Positions 18,188 through 27,327 of a stretch of DNA of 64,000 bases are shown in pieces. The DNA lies in the IMG/VR virus record IMGVR_UViG_3300037067_013058, positions 1 through 64,000 of that record; one strand, given 5' to 3'. Position 1 is the first letter of the stretch; each line of letters begins with the position of its first letter. A model generated the notes under the pieces. That model was not told the DNA's origin and ran no database searches. It was given only the letters and a program-made list of their open reading frames with translations. The position numbers and the translations under genes are program-made. Origin of the DNA: a virus. Taxonomy: Duplodnaviria > Caudoviricetes.

Positions 18188-19240
18188 TCACCCACTAAAC
18201 TTTGTTAACGCCACCTTTTTATCACCAGAACACATATACACGAAAGACTTGGTTCCTATATAAATTTTGACATCATCTCCGTCCATTGCCTTGAGTGCTT
18301 CCATCATTGCTTTTCTATGAACGCCAAAGTCTTCTGCTTCTGAAGGTAAATCAATAACAACCAAATTCTCGGCAACTTCTGTGCCCTTGTAAGTCTTGCA
18401 CGATATTCGCCAAGTATTTTGGTCATTTTCGATACGTGTCCAGATAGCTCCTGTTTCATCATTTCCCATTACAGCATGGATGGACGTGAGAATATTGATA
18501 AGATCCTTGCGATTAGCTGTAAATGAATTGCCATCAGGTTCCCCAAACATTGTGAAAAGATCCTGGGGCAGTTTATCATCAAGGAGCATGGAATAGAATG
18601 TAACCCCGCTAGCCAATACCACGCCAAATACATTGTCGTTGAGCAGGAGGGCTTTCCTATCCTTGTCCTTGAATCCTTTGAGTACCAAGGCGGCTTCTGA
18701 TGAAATGACAATACGAGGGCAATTGAAGGCCTTAGAATCGGTAACGACTACACCACAACTTGCGAAGCCCAATTTCGCAAATTTTGTGTAAGATTCACCG
18801 CACTCTACGAGAATACCCTTGAAACGCTTGTCCTCTTTGATAGCTTTGGCGCAGTATATGAGATTGTTTACGAAATCCGGAATTTCGTAAGTTGTTAGAT
18901 CCTTCAATGTTATAAAGTCAATAATCGTATCGAGCATTGGGAGTTTGGCTTCGGTTTCCCCCTGCTTGATGAATAGTCTAGCTTTTGCTGGATTGAATTC
19001 TATTGGTAACTTTTTATCCAGCTTTTTTACAACTGCTGTAAAATTATCCGAATTGACACCAAAAGCGAATTCGTCGGGAATTGACAAATCTTGGATAAAC
19101 GTGACGTAGAACTCCGTAGATTTTGCGTATATGTGCAGAATTCCGCCAGTATTACGGAAAAATACGTGAGTATTATCCGACATTTTGTCAACGCATCGGC
19201 AAAAATCAGCAAGCATTTGGTAATTTAAAGTGAAACTCAT
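18188..19240 (-). CDS. DNA polymerase sliding clamp (beta-clamp-like)
   Basis: 350 aa with repeated alpha/beta pattern; FTANRKDLINIL and FGVHRKAMMEALKAM resemble beta-clamp domain 3; replication context. Confidence 0.6.
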   Translation of the reverse strand: MSFTLNYQMLADFCRCVDKMSDNTHVFFRNTGGILHIYAKSTEFYVTFIQDLSIPDEFAFGVNSDNFTAVVKKLDKKLPIEFNPAKARLFIKQGETEAKLPMLDTIIDFITLKDLTTYEIPDFVNNLIYCAKAIKEDKRFKGILVECGESYTKFAKLGFASCGVVVTDSKAFNCPRIVISSEAALVLKGFKDKDRKALLLNDNVFGVVLASGVTFYSMLLDDKLPQDLFTMFGEPDGNSFTANRKDLINILTSIHAVMGNDETGAIWTRIENDQNTWRISCKTYKGTEVAENLVVIDLPSEAEDFGVHRKAMMEALKAMDGDDVKIYIGTKSFVYMCSGDKKVALTKFSG

Positions 19241-19419
19241 ATGTTCCTCGCCACATCTACATGAACAACTGAAACAACCTCAACAATTGGATCTACTACA
19301 CCATGAAAATCATCAAACAGAGGATAGGGAAAAGTACGAACAGCATAAAGCCAAGGAGCAAATCCATCTTCCCAATCTCTCCAAAATACCTCAGTAATTT
19401 TCCACAAAATGGTATCCAT
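19237..19419 (-). CDS. hypothetical protein (start MDTIL)
   Basis: AGGA SD; stop overlaps the clamp gene start. Confidence 0.5.
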   Translation of the reverse strand: MDTILWKITEVFWRDWEDGFAPWLYAVRTFPYPLFDDFHGVVDPIVEVVSVVHVDVARNI

Positions 19420-19421
19420 TC

Positions 19422-19550
19422 CTAGCCCCACATAAACATTGTGCCTAATCCGGCTGCGAAAAAACACAAACCCATATACGGACTATCGCTAAAAATTACA
19501 GCACAGGCACAAGCACCCCACATAGCTGCTGTTGCTAGACCTTTTCCCAT
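19422..19550 (-). CDS. 42-aa predicted membrane protein (below ORF-track cutoff)
   Basis: MGKGLATAAMWGACACAVIFSDSPYMGLCFFAAGLGTMFMWG; two hydrophobic stretches; fills a gap. Confidence 0.55.
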   Translation of the reverse strand: MGKGLATAAMWGACACAVIFSDSPYMGLCFFAAGLGTMFMWG

Positions 19551-19551
19551 G

Positions 19552-19857
19552 TTACTTCACTTTCCTTACTAATGTCCAACCATAAATTTCCAACCATACT
19601 GTCAATGGATGGCAAGGGTCATCGCTGGCTTCACTGGCAATTTCCTTGTACACTTCATCATCAACGTCTTTGAATTCCATCAATTTTGTAAATGGAAATT
19701 CCTCATCGGCATCAATAACAAGACCATCAAAACAATCCTTCAAATCCCGTATATCCGTATAAACTAGAAGATCCAAATCCTGTGCTGCATCCATTACAGC
19801 TTGCCTATCGGTTGGATCTATGTAGTTTTCCTTATCACACGTATGTTTTGTTTTCAC
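19552..19857 (-). CDS. acidic hypothetical protein (GTG start)
   Basis: GGAGG SD before GTG 19857, behind a promoter. Confidence 0.55.
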   Translation of the reverse strand: MKTKHTCDKENYIDPTDRQAVMDAAQDLDLLVYTDIRDLKDCFDGLVIDADEEFPFTKLMEFKDVDDEVYKEIASEASDDPCHPLTVWLEIYGWTLVRKVK

Positions 19858-19877
19858 GCTAAATTCCTCCAACCACC

Positions 19878-19905
19878 AACATAATCATGCTGCACACGTT
19901 GTCAA
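19878..19905 (-). promoter_or_regulatory. sigma70-like promoter
   Basis: C-TTGACA-N16-TATGTT overlapping the end of the sigma-like gene. Confidence 0.65.
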
Positions 19906-20709
19906 GTGTACCGGCTCAACTTTTTGAAAATAAAGAGGTTGTACTACTGTCAAATCCATTGCTGCCCTTTTGATTTGTTTTTTGCACGAATATACGCAAT
20001 TTTTTGATAAATTACAGCATCTTGATAATTCGGTGTTCGAACTGTAAGGACTTTCCAACATTTCCGCTAATACCACCAGCGCATTTTGGGAAATTCTGTA
20101 CATAATCTTCTTGAGCATTTCCCGTGCTGCTGTGGTAGATTCTTGGTCACTGTGGGTATCCTTGAACATATTGCTAAACATTTCAGAATCTTTTGTGCTG
20201 AAATCACATTCCAGAATCTCTTGACCAATTCTTTCGACAATCTTGATTTTGCACTTTTTGGCACTAGTACGCAACCAACCATTTCGTTGTGTGAAATATA
20301 GCGTAAGCATGTCCAAATACTGTTGGCGAATCACCTTGTACATGTAGGAAGCCAAAGAGCTTTTCTTTACGGAAACTATGTGCTTATACTGTACCCAAAA
20401 TTTCTCTAATTTTTTAGTTTTCTTGTATTTGGGGGTAATCAATCTAGCGCATTTTCCGTCACGCATGTCCATTTCGTACAATCTGCCCTTATACCTGAAT
20501 AATGGGGCTTTATACGCCACATTCGCCTCTACAGCAGCTAATAGCAAATCCTGTGTTAAATCAATTGGATCTTTATGAGTAATCCTTTGCAAATCATTGG
20601 CCGTAGATTTCAAAAGCGGTAGCCATTTTTTGAGAGCATTGGCCAACGCTGGTTCCGTTCGTTTTAATCCATCAATTGTTGAATTTAGTAAATCTGTTAC
20701 TGATTGCAT
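19885..20709 (-). CDS. phage RNA polymerase sigma factor-like protein (ECF/sigma70 type)
   Basis: Region-2-like DLTQDLLLAA and LASYMYKVIRQQYLD; region-4-like HTH SNTELSRCCNLSKNCVYSCKKQI. Confidence 0.6.
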   Translation of the reverse strand: MQSVTDLLNSTIDGLKRTEPALANALKKWLPLLKSTANDLQRITHKDPIDLTQDLLLAAVEANVAYKAPLFRYKGRLYEMDMRDGKCARLITPKYKKTKKLEKFWVQYKHIVSVKKSSLASYMYKVIRQQYLDMLTLYFTQRNGWLRTSAKKCKIKIVERIGQEILECDFSTKDSEMFSNMFKDTHSDQESTTAAREMLKKIMYRISQNALVVLAEMLESPYSSNTELSRCCNLSKNCVYSCKKQIKRAAMDLTVVQPLYFQKVEPVHLTTCAA

Positions 20710-21665
20710 TCCCCCTCCAAATGTTGTTGAATTTCCAAGAACCTTTCTTTACTAAGGCTTCCCGGATCTTCGTCTAATTCCAACTTAACAACATTTGGAT
20801 GTAATTCAAACGCTTCTAGTTCGCAATAAAGCTTCTTTACGAAATCTTTTTTAAATTTCTTTCCAATTACGACATCGCCATCCAAACAAACAATTGGCCG
20901 TAAACCATACAACGTGCAAAGATAGAAAATCTTGTTGAACTGTGCTGATGTGGCTTCCTTGGTGAACAATCCCACAGATTGAACACCGTATGTCGTCAAT
21001 TTCCAGACATCCGATGCTCCTTCTACGATCCACAAATCGGGGGTTCTGTTATTTATCAACCAACCGCCATAAAGCATTTGTTGCACAGGACTACCAGAAG
21101 GAAATTGCCACCTTTGTTTTTTGAGAGGATTCAAATAACGTACTTGAAACGTTTTGTAGGTTCCATCTATTTCAAAAATTGGTGAAACAATTGAATCCCC
21201 AAGCTGTACTTCATCACATTTTCCGAATTTGCCGAGCATCAAGCCAAACTGATCGATAATGGATTGGCCAAGTTGTCGCTTCTCAAGATATTCGCAATTT
21301 GCCAAAGGTGCGAGAAATTGAGGAGATGGCCATTGGTTAATCTTTGGCGTATTATTAAAACTGTCTTCTATTCCTAGCAGTCTATCGATATTTACTTCGG
21401 TATGTGAATCTTTTAGTCTTTTGTAAACCTCTCGCCAAGAAGTAAGCCCTTCCATGAGCTTGTAAAACAGGAAGAAATTACCACGTACTCCGCATTTGGA
21501 AGATCCACAAACAAATAAGCCACGATCTACATCAATTGAGAAAGACGGGTGCCTATCGTCGTGGAATGGACAGCGGGTATGGATTTTGCCACTAAAATTT
21601 GGTGACTTATCCGGGAATTTAGAAAGTATGTAGGATTTGGGAGTCAAAACTGTGTCTTCTTCCAA
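20697..21665 (-). CDS. dnaG: DNA primase (CHC2 zinc finger plus TOPRIM)
   Basis: CPFHDDRHPSF...FVCGSSKC; IVEGASD; CLDGD. Confidence 0.9.
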   Translation of the reverse strand: MEEDTVLTPKSYILSKFPDKSPNFSGKIHTRCPFHDDRHPSFSIDVDRGLFVCGSSKCGVRGNFFLFYKLMEGLTSWREVYKRLKDSHTEVNIDRLLGIEDSFNNTPKINQWPSPQFLAPLANCEYLEKRQLGQSIIDQFGLMLGKFGKCDEVQLGDSIVSPIFEIDGTYKTFQVRYLNPLKKQRWQFPSGSPVQQMLYGGWLINNRTPDLWIVEGASDVWKLTTYGVQSVGLFTKEATSAQFNKIFYLCTLYGLRPIVCLDGDVVIGKKFKKDFVKKLYCELEAFELHPNVVKLELDEDPGSLSKERFLEIQQHLEGECNQ

Positions 21666-22105
21666 CGACCTTTTTCATCTCTTGGAACATTCTTCATTTC
21701 ACCCCTAAGTGCTGCTTTATCTCGTTCAGACCACTCAGTCCGTGCTGTAGTAAGCAACGGTGCAGACAACAAAAAGCCTTTAGCAGTTATTTTTACAACT
21801 TCTGTAACAGGAACTTCAATTTCTTTACCAAAAGAAAACTTACGAACAAGCAGCACTGGAGTCTTTTTTGTTATTACCATATATCCCGGTTCATAGTCAT
21901 CATAAGTTCCGCCCCCATGATTTACCGGACCATCACACCGCCAAGAGCACCCTGAAACCCAAGCAATAAAAGGGGTACAAGGCTGAACAACCCAAACATG
22001 CGCCCCAGGATTACTAATATCTACCAAACAAGCCTGCACAGACACCTTTGTACCTATCGGATATTGCTCTAGTAACTCCCACTCTTTTTGATGTTTTCGT
22101 TTCAT
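21644..22105 (-). CDS. hypothetical protein
   Basis: 153 aa, ATGA-coupled. Confidence 0.55.
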   Translation of the reverse strand: MKRKHQKEWELLEQYPIGTKVSVQACLVDISNPGAHVWVVQPCTPFIAWVSGCSWRCDGPVNHGGGTYDDYEPGYMVITKKTPVLLVRKFSFGKEIEVPVTEVVKITAKGFLLSAPLLTTARTEWSERDKAALRGEMKNVPRDEKGRWKKTQF

Positions 22106-22572
22106 TGTTTTCTCCTCTCAGCTTCATACTGCTCATACAAAACATGAGCTTGATCCATAATTCTCTTGTGCATAAAATTTCCACAAATTTCCTTTGTCGC
22201 CTCAATATAGAAATCAACAATTTCCCGCGAACTACTTCTCTTTGGGCGCAACTTATTAATTTCTGCTTGAAGATTTGAAATTTCTGCGCCTAAGAACTCC
22301 ACCCTCCTATTGTATTGATCCCGCTCCTCCGCACCACAAAGATAAGGTTTACGCAATTTGACTTGTGCCAACTCTTGCTGCTTTCCCTTAACAACACGAA
22401 CAAGAGCTGCCCTTTTATCTTCCTTTGTCCATTCGTCCCAATCTGGAAAATAAGCAGAAACATTTTTCGGCTTTACAACAGAAGCCTGATACTGCTGAAA
22501 TTGTGACGCCTTCTTATACACAAAACACCTCGAATAAATTAGAAAGGATTTACCTTCAGAGCATTTTTCCAC
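22102..22572 (-). CDS. hypothetical coiled-coil protein
   Basis: 156 aa between helicase and primase. Confidence 0.5.
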   Translation of the reverse strand: MEKCSEGKSFLIYSRCFVYKKASQFQQYQASVVKPKNVSAYFPDWDEWTKEDKRAALVRVVKGKQQELAQVKLRKPYLCGAEERDQYNRRVEFLGAEISNLQAEINKLRPKRSSSREIVDFYIEATKEICGNFMHKRIMDQAHVLYEQYEAERRKQ

Positions 22573-23882
22573 AAATCATGCATACTTCGTTCAATTACCA
22601 TGCGAGCAATATCAGCATCCAGCACAATTTCTGGAATCTTTATTTGACCGCTACGAATAAAAGCAGGAGAAAGAACAATCAAACCTTCCTCCTCCTCTTT
22701 CTCATTCTGGTCAATATTTATGGTCAAGTCAACGCCTTGAGAAATACCAACAGATTTCCCTTGATGCGCCTTATTCAAACGTTCCGCTGTTGCCCCTTCT
22801 ACTTTTGATTGGGAAGCAACAATTCCCAAAGTATTGAACGCATCCAAATGGTTCTTCAAATCCCAAACACTTCTAGTCTGATTCAAATGGTCTTCCTTGC
22901 GAATCAGGGAAGGTTTGATCAGGTTAAGGTAGTCCCATACTTCCAATGCAAATGAAATGCCTTCTCTGTCCTGCAACTTCTTTACTTCGTCCTCAACTTG
23001 CTGAACTGTTGTCTCTTGTGGCGTACATTTGATAATCTTCAGCCTGTTATTCCAATTTCTCATCCAATCAAACAGCCGATCCATACTATCTTTTTCTTCA
23101 GCCGTTATCAAATAATTTCTAATACGGTCAAAGTTGGTTTCCATGAACATAGCATCAAAACGAGCAGTAGTCAACTCCATCGAATTCTCAAACGTTATGT
23201 GCAAAACGTTGAAACCTTGAAGAACCCCAGCATACGACATTGCATTCAAAATGATTGACTTGTACCGTTTAAAAGGAGCAAGGAAATTGACAATCATTGG
23301 AGCTTTCAAAACAAATTGAGCGTCCAAACCCCTGATACCAGTCAAAATTCTTGGATTGATAGAAGGGTTGTCTCTTTCCAGTTTCCTGCGCTGTTGCCGT
23401 TCCTGATAATTTTCGGCATAGTCGATATACTGGAATTTCTTTCCTTCAATAACTGCCTGCGCTGCGCTTACACCTTCCCGAATGTCCTTCAAACAAAAAT
23501 CAATTCTGTCTGACCTATTCAACGCCTCAAATGCTTGGCGGATTTTTGAATTCACAACGGACCACGCAACATATGCCGTGAATTTGTCCTTAGCATCATC
23601 TTCGAATGTCAAATTCCTGTTGTAAAGTGCGGAAAGCTGTTCCTTGTACCTGTCCCGCGTTTCGTCATCCGGAACACTTGTCAATTCCTGATCAAGATAA
23701 CCAAACGGAAGCCTTTTCCATGCTCTAGCCTTGAGGATTTTGACAAGCCATTTGTAAGATTCTACATTGAAGAAATCCGCCTCAATTGCTTCCAGCGTTT
23801 CATCCGTAGCAACATCCACACCTTGCACCAGAGCAGCAAGGAACTCAGCCTCAACTTTGGAATCAAGTATCATATCGGCCAA
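22539..23882 (-). CDS. dnaB: replicative helicase, DnaB/gp41-like
   Basis: APFKRYKS (Walker A position), HITFENS, VWDYLNL, VASQ; next to primase and loader. Confidence 0.8.
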   Translation of the reverse strand: MADMILDSKVEAEFLAALVQGVDVATDETLEAIEADFFNVESYKWLVKILKARAWKRLPFGYLDQELTSVPDDETRDRYKEQLSALYNRNLTFEDDAKDKFTAYVAWSVVNSKIRQAFEALNRSDRIDFCLKDIREGVSAAQAVIEGKKFQYIDYAENYQERQQRRKLERDNPSINPRILTGIRGLDAQFVLKAPMIVNFLAPFKRYKSIILNAMSYAGVLQGFNVLHITFENSMELTTARFDAMFMETNFDRIRNYLITAEEKDSMDRLFDWMRNWNNRLKIIKCTPQETTVQQVEDEVKKLQDREGISFALEVWDYLNLIKPSLIRKEDHLNQTRSVWDLKNHLDAFNTLGIVASQSKVEGATAERLNKAHQGKSVGISQGVDLTINIDQNEKEEEEGLIVLSPAFIRSGQIKIPEIVLDADIARMVIERSMHDLWKNALKVNPF

Positions 23883-24616
23883 TCCGTCCTACTGTCCATC
23901 AATCGCAAATCTTCCCCACCCCCAACCTCAACTGCCCTGAAAACCTTACCCCGGCCAATTACCCCATCTGGCCGAATTTCTAGCAAAGAATCCAAAGTGT
24001 GCTGATACTTTTCGGCAATAAATTTGGGTGGATAGTTTGTGGTAATAATTGTTGATAATCTGTTATCTCTACGGTAATGAAGAACTTGCTGAAGCGTTGC
24101 TAAAAATGCTTCCTTTTTCCATGAAGATTCCGCAGCTTCCGCGCCCAAATCGTCCAACACATATACGGAAGATTGCCACAATTGTCCATCTTCTGCACTG
24201 AAATTCATTTGCAATCTTTGGGCAGTCTCAAAACCATAGGATCTGTCTCTGGAATAGTTCTCCGTCCGTTGAAAATACTTTGCCAATACATAAGTCAAAT
24301 AATGTGCTAATGTTGTTTTACCCCTGCCCTTTTCCGAAGAATACATAAACAACGATAAACCCTTTTGCAGCACATCAACAGGTGAATTTGCCCAATAATT
24401 GACGAAATCTTCACCCGATTCGAACTTTGGGTAAACATATTCGTCACTACTTACGAAATCCAAGGTTTCGTCACAAAATCCACCACCTAATAAACGATTA
24501 TACGCACGAAACTTGACTAAGCAATTGCAAAGTATTAGCTCGCCCGCTGCATTACACAGCTTTCCTTCTCCTTGACACAGAAGGCAGGAACCGACTATTT
24601 CGTCTTTTAGTGTCAT
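23870..24616 (-). CDS. DnaC/IstB-like AAA+ helicase loader
   Basis: N-terminal CxxC..CxC; SEKGRGKT; VLDDLGAE; IITTNY. Confidence 0.85.
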   Translation of the reverse strand: MTLKDEIVGSCLLCQGEGKLCNAAGELILCNCLVKFRAYNRLLGGGFCDETLDFVSSDEYVYPKFESGEDFVNYWANSPVDVLQKGLSLFMYSSEKGRGKTTLAHYLTYVLAKYFQRTENYSRDRSYGFETAQRLQMNFSAEDGQLWQSSVYVLDDLGAEAAESSWKKEAFLATLQQVLHYRRDNRLSTIITTNYPPKFIAEKYQHTLDSLLEIRPDGVIGRGKVFRAVEVGGGEDLRLMDSRTDWPI

Positions 24617-24689
24617 TATCTAGAAATTGCCGCCAGTGCAGCAATAAACACAATGCACACTATAAGCTCTGCAAACAACTGGTCCATCT

Positions 24690-25100
24690 TTACTCGCTTT
24701 TCTTCAATTCCCAACTATCACAAATGCCCCAACTTGCAACTTCTCGGGAAACGGCCCATTCGTCCCAAAGACCCCATTGTTTGCTCTTAAACTCTAAATT
24801 CCTGTCACACCATTCCTTAGTTACGGTGTTTCCCTCATAAGGAATATCTCCAGAGCATTCCCCCATAGCCACACTTCCGCACTTTGGACGTTCTGATTTG
24901 TCAATGTGACAAAAATAAACATTAGGCTCATCATACTCGCTCATTCGGAAAACCTTAGCGCAGTTGTAGCACCCGTTCTGGACTTTGTAACTATCAGGTC
25001 GCATCTTGCATTTCCTCTGGTGGTTGATGCCAACCAAATTTAGGATCTGCACTACGCTTCTTATCGCATTCTGGACAAAGCGTTCTAATCCAGTGTTCAT
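24690..25100 (-). CDS. Cys-rich hypothetical protein (true start probably MRPDS)
   Basis: CYNC...FCH...CGS...ICDSW. Confidence 0.5.
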   Translation of the reverse strand: MNTGLERFVQNAIRSVVQILNLVGINHQRKCKMRPDSYKVQNGCYNCAKVFRMSEYDEPNVYFCHIDKSERPKCGSVAMGECSGDIPYEGNTVTKEWCDRNLEFKSKQWGLWDEWAVSREVASWGICDSWELKKSE

Positions 25101-25407
25101 TTGTCCGAATTTTCACTTCTCGGGCAGTTCCACAAATTTCACAGATATACTTTGAGAATGTGTAATACTTGCTCAAAATATTTGTGATTTCTTCGGAACA
25201 AGGCTCAGTGTAAACAGTCAATTGCGCGAACTTTTCCTTGAGTTGTACTACCTTGATTTGATCCCCACCAGGAAGAGCGGTTAATTCCTTAGCCATTTGG
25301 AGAATCAGGGCGTACCAACCCGAACTACACTCGAATTCATGCCTGAACATAGATCCAAAAAGAGTTGGAAATTGTTCTAGCAAGGAATTGTCAAGTTCTT
25401 TCTTCAT
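24994..25407 (-). CDS. conserved phage hypothetical protein
   Basis: GWY.LI...QLKEKFAQL..Y...CEICG...LCPEC pattern seen in many phages. Confidence 0.65.
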   Translation of the reverse strand: MKKELDNSLLEQFPTLFGSMFRHEFECSSGWYALILQMAKELTALPGGDQIKVVQLKEKFAQLTVYTEPCSEEITNILSKYYTFSKYICEICGTAREVKIRTNEHWIRTLCPECDKKRSADPKFGWHQPPEEMQDAT

Positions 25408-25949
25408 CTAATTTCCTTCTTTTCTAAAATTTCCCGTTCAGCTTCTAAATCTCTGGTAATGGCTTTCTCTGATGAAAAAGCCTCACCGTACCTCTTTCTG
25501 AGCTTGAGAATATTCAGTGTCATGCTCTCACTAAAATTGCTAGATAAAGCGTTAAGCATAACAGCAAGATACCAACATGCATCGCCCACCTCTTCAATAA
25601 GATTTACTTCATCAATTGGCTTACCATAGTAAATATGCTTCTTTAATACATCCAGCACTTCCCCTGCCTCTGTGGATAAACCAAGAGCAGCATGGAGTAG
25701 CCTAATTGTTTTTTCATCCTGGATACGCCTCTTTAATGCGTCCATGTCCGTTGATTCAGTCTTCAGCACTTCTTGTGTATAGATTTCTGGTGTCAAATAC
25801 GTGCTCCTCTCCATTTCACATTGCGAATAATTGCCCCACCATCCATTTGAAGGCCCAAACCATTCACATCCCATAACCCAGGAAAAGCCCCCCAAGCTGA
25901 ATATTCTTGCCAGGTAGGAGTTTGAGTAATCCTGCTTTCCTTTTTCCAT
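25404..25949 (-). CDS. MazG-like nucleotide pyrophosphohydrolase (true start near 25796-25814)
   Basis: LHAALGLSTEAGEVLDVLKK...EEVGDACWY...NILKLRKRY. Confidence 0.85.
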   Translation of the reverse strand: MEKGKQDYSNSYLARIFSLGGFSWVMGCEWFGPSNGWWGNYSQCEMERSTYLTPEIYTQEVLKTESTDMDALKRRIQDEKTIRLLHAALGLSTEAGEVLDVLKKHIYYGKPIDEVNLIEEVGDACWYLAVMLNALSSNFSESMTLNILKLRKRYGEAFSSEKAITRDLEAEREILEKKEIR

Positions 25950-26929
25950 TCATCACGAAATAGTTTGAAATTCGTTGTGTCACACCTTATTAAATAATAC
26001 TTATTTGTTGCGTAATGTCGAAGGCCCTTACGCTGTGATCCGTCCTTCCTGTAATAAAACCCTTCACCAGTTATCGAAGTAATTTCGTCAAGCTTGGAAT
26101 CATCTGTTGAAAGGGGTCGCCAACCCTTGGGAATATATCCGTCAGGGAATTGGCAGAGCGGCGATAAACCAAGCGACAGACGAATATCTTTCCAAGGATC
26201 ATTCATCTTTGCCAATAACGCGGGCAAATGCGGATCATCAAAAGAATTCAACAACACCGTAAGCGAAACCATGAAATTATCTTGATTTTTTTGCTTTGCC
26301 TTGTCCTTGATGAATGCCAAGCCCCTGCGGAACTTTTCCTCTAGCCAAACATCTAGTGGAATTCCTTGAGATTCCAATTGGCACATCTTATCCCACAGCC
26401 GATGATAACCAGCTAATGTCTTATTTTTAGAAGCTGTATAAACAGGAATAGCTACGTTATTAGCTTCAACAACTTTCTTCAAAGATACGTAAGCTCTTCC
26501 GCAATGCTCTACCTGCAATTGGATAAAATCTAACATAAATTGGGCCAACTTTTTAAAATTATCCGCAGATCCTACATGTGCGCGAAGTTTTTTAATCATT
26601 GGCCACATCATTGTGTTATTGACCAACAATGCGGGCCTTTCCCACGAAGTATAATCAGTGAGAATGAAGAGAAGTACATAATATGACCACGGATCAATGT
26701 CAAATTTCTTGAGCTTTAGATATAGATTATTCAGCGCCTTCTTTTGTGGTTTAAGACCAAGCCATCTGCCGGGATTATCGTGCCAAGGAGAAATTGTTCC
26801 TTCATATCCATAATATCCCCAAATTTGTCTAGAAACATGGAGAAGTGCCTGATTGGATAAGGTTTCCTTTTCCTTGTCCATACTACTGATCTCAGAACGA
26901 ACTAAACGCTTTGACCAATCACCCATCAT
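25793..26929 (-). CDS. hypothetical protein, 378 aa
   Basis: Long coupled ORF, no recognised motif. Confidence 0.7.
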   Translation of the reverse strand: MMGDWSKRLVRSEISSMDKEKETLSNQALLHVSRQIWGYYGYEGTISPWHDNPGRWLGLKPQKKALNNLYLKLKKFDIDPWSYYVLLFILTDYTSWERPALLVNNTMMWPMIKKLRAHVGSADNFKKLAQFMLDFIQLQVEHCGRAYVSLKKVVEANNVAIPVYTASKNKTLAGYHRLWDKMCQLESQGIPLDVWLEEKFRRGLAFIKDKAKQKNQDNFMVSLTVLLNSFDDPHLPALLAKMNDPWKDIRLSLGLSPLCQFPDGYIPKGWRPLSTDDSKLDEITSITGEGFYYRKDGSQRKGLRHYATNKYYLIRCDTTNFKLFRDEWKKESRITQTPTWQEYSAWGAFPGLWDVNGLGLQMDGGAIIRNVKWRGARI

Positions 26930-27108
26930 GCATCTTCTCCAGCCAACTCATCCTCCAACCGCTGAATTTCTAGTTTCGCTGCTACCAACTCATCCTCCAA
27001 CGTACAAATCCTGTTGTTCGCCCACTCCGGAGAATGCCTACAAATCTTGATCAGAGGGACAAAGTTTCCATCAATATCCAAGTAATTTCTAGCTTTTACT
27101 TCATCCAT
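26926..27108 (-). CDS. hypothetical protein
   Basis: 60 aa, coupled. Confidence 0.45.
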   Translation of the reverse strand: MDEVKARNYLDIDGNFVPLIKICRHSPEWANNRICTLEDELVAAKLEIQRLEDELAGEDA

Positions 27109-27111
27109 TTT

Positions 27112-27327
27112 TCACTCCCACCCGTGCTTCTTTTTCAACATTTCGTAATTCAACCATTTTGCGTACAGATTTCCACAATTGGGACAGAATTTGTCGGAAT
27201 ATTTGTTTGGATCACCTTCTGCTGCGCCTTTTTCGGACCAAAACTGCGAACGTGGACCAGGGAAGTCCAGCCAACCCCAGCCGCATTTTTCACATCTATA
27301 TTCCGCGATAATCTGCACATTTTTCAC
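27112..27327 (-). CDS. small zinc-ribbon protein
   Basis: CEKCG...CPNCG. Confidence 0.5.
   Translation of the reverse strand: MKNVQIIAEYRCEKCGWGWLDFPGPRSQFWSEKGAAEGDPNKYSDKFCPNCGNLYAKWLNYEMLKKKHGWE

Noticed and set aside
25815-25949. Long N-terminal extensions of ORF-track calls (MazG; likewise 12637, 14526, 25100, 38256, 62446)
   Set aside because: They overlap upstream genes or promoters, and better SD-linked starts lie downstream.
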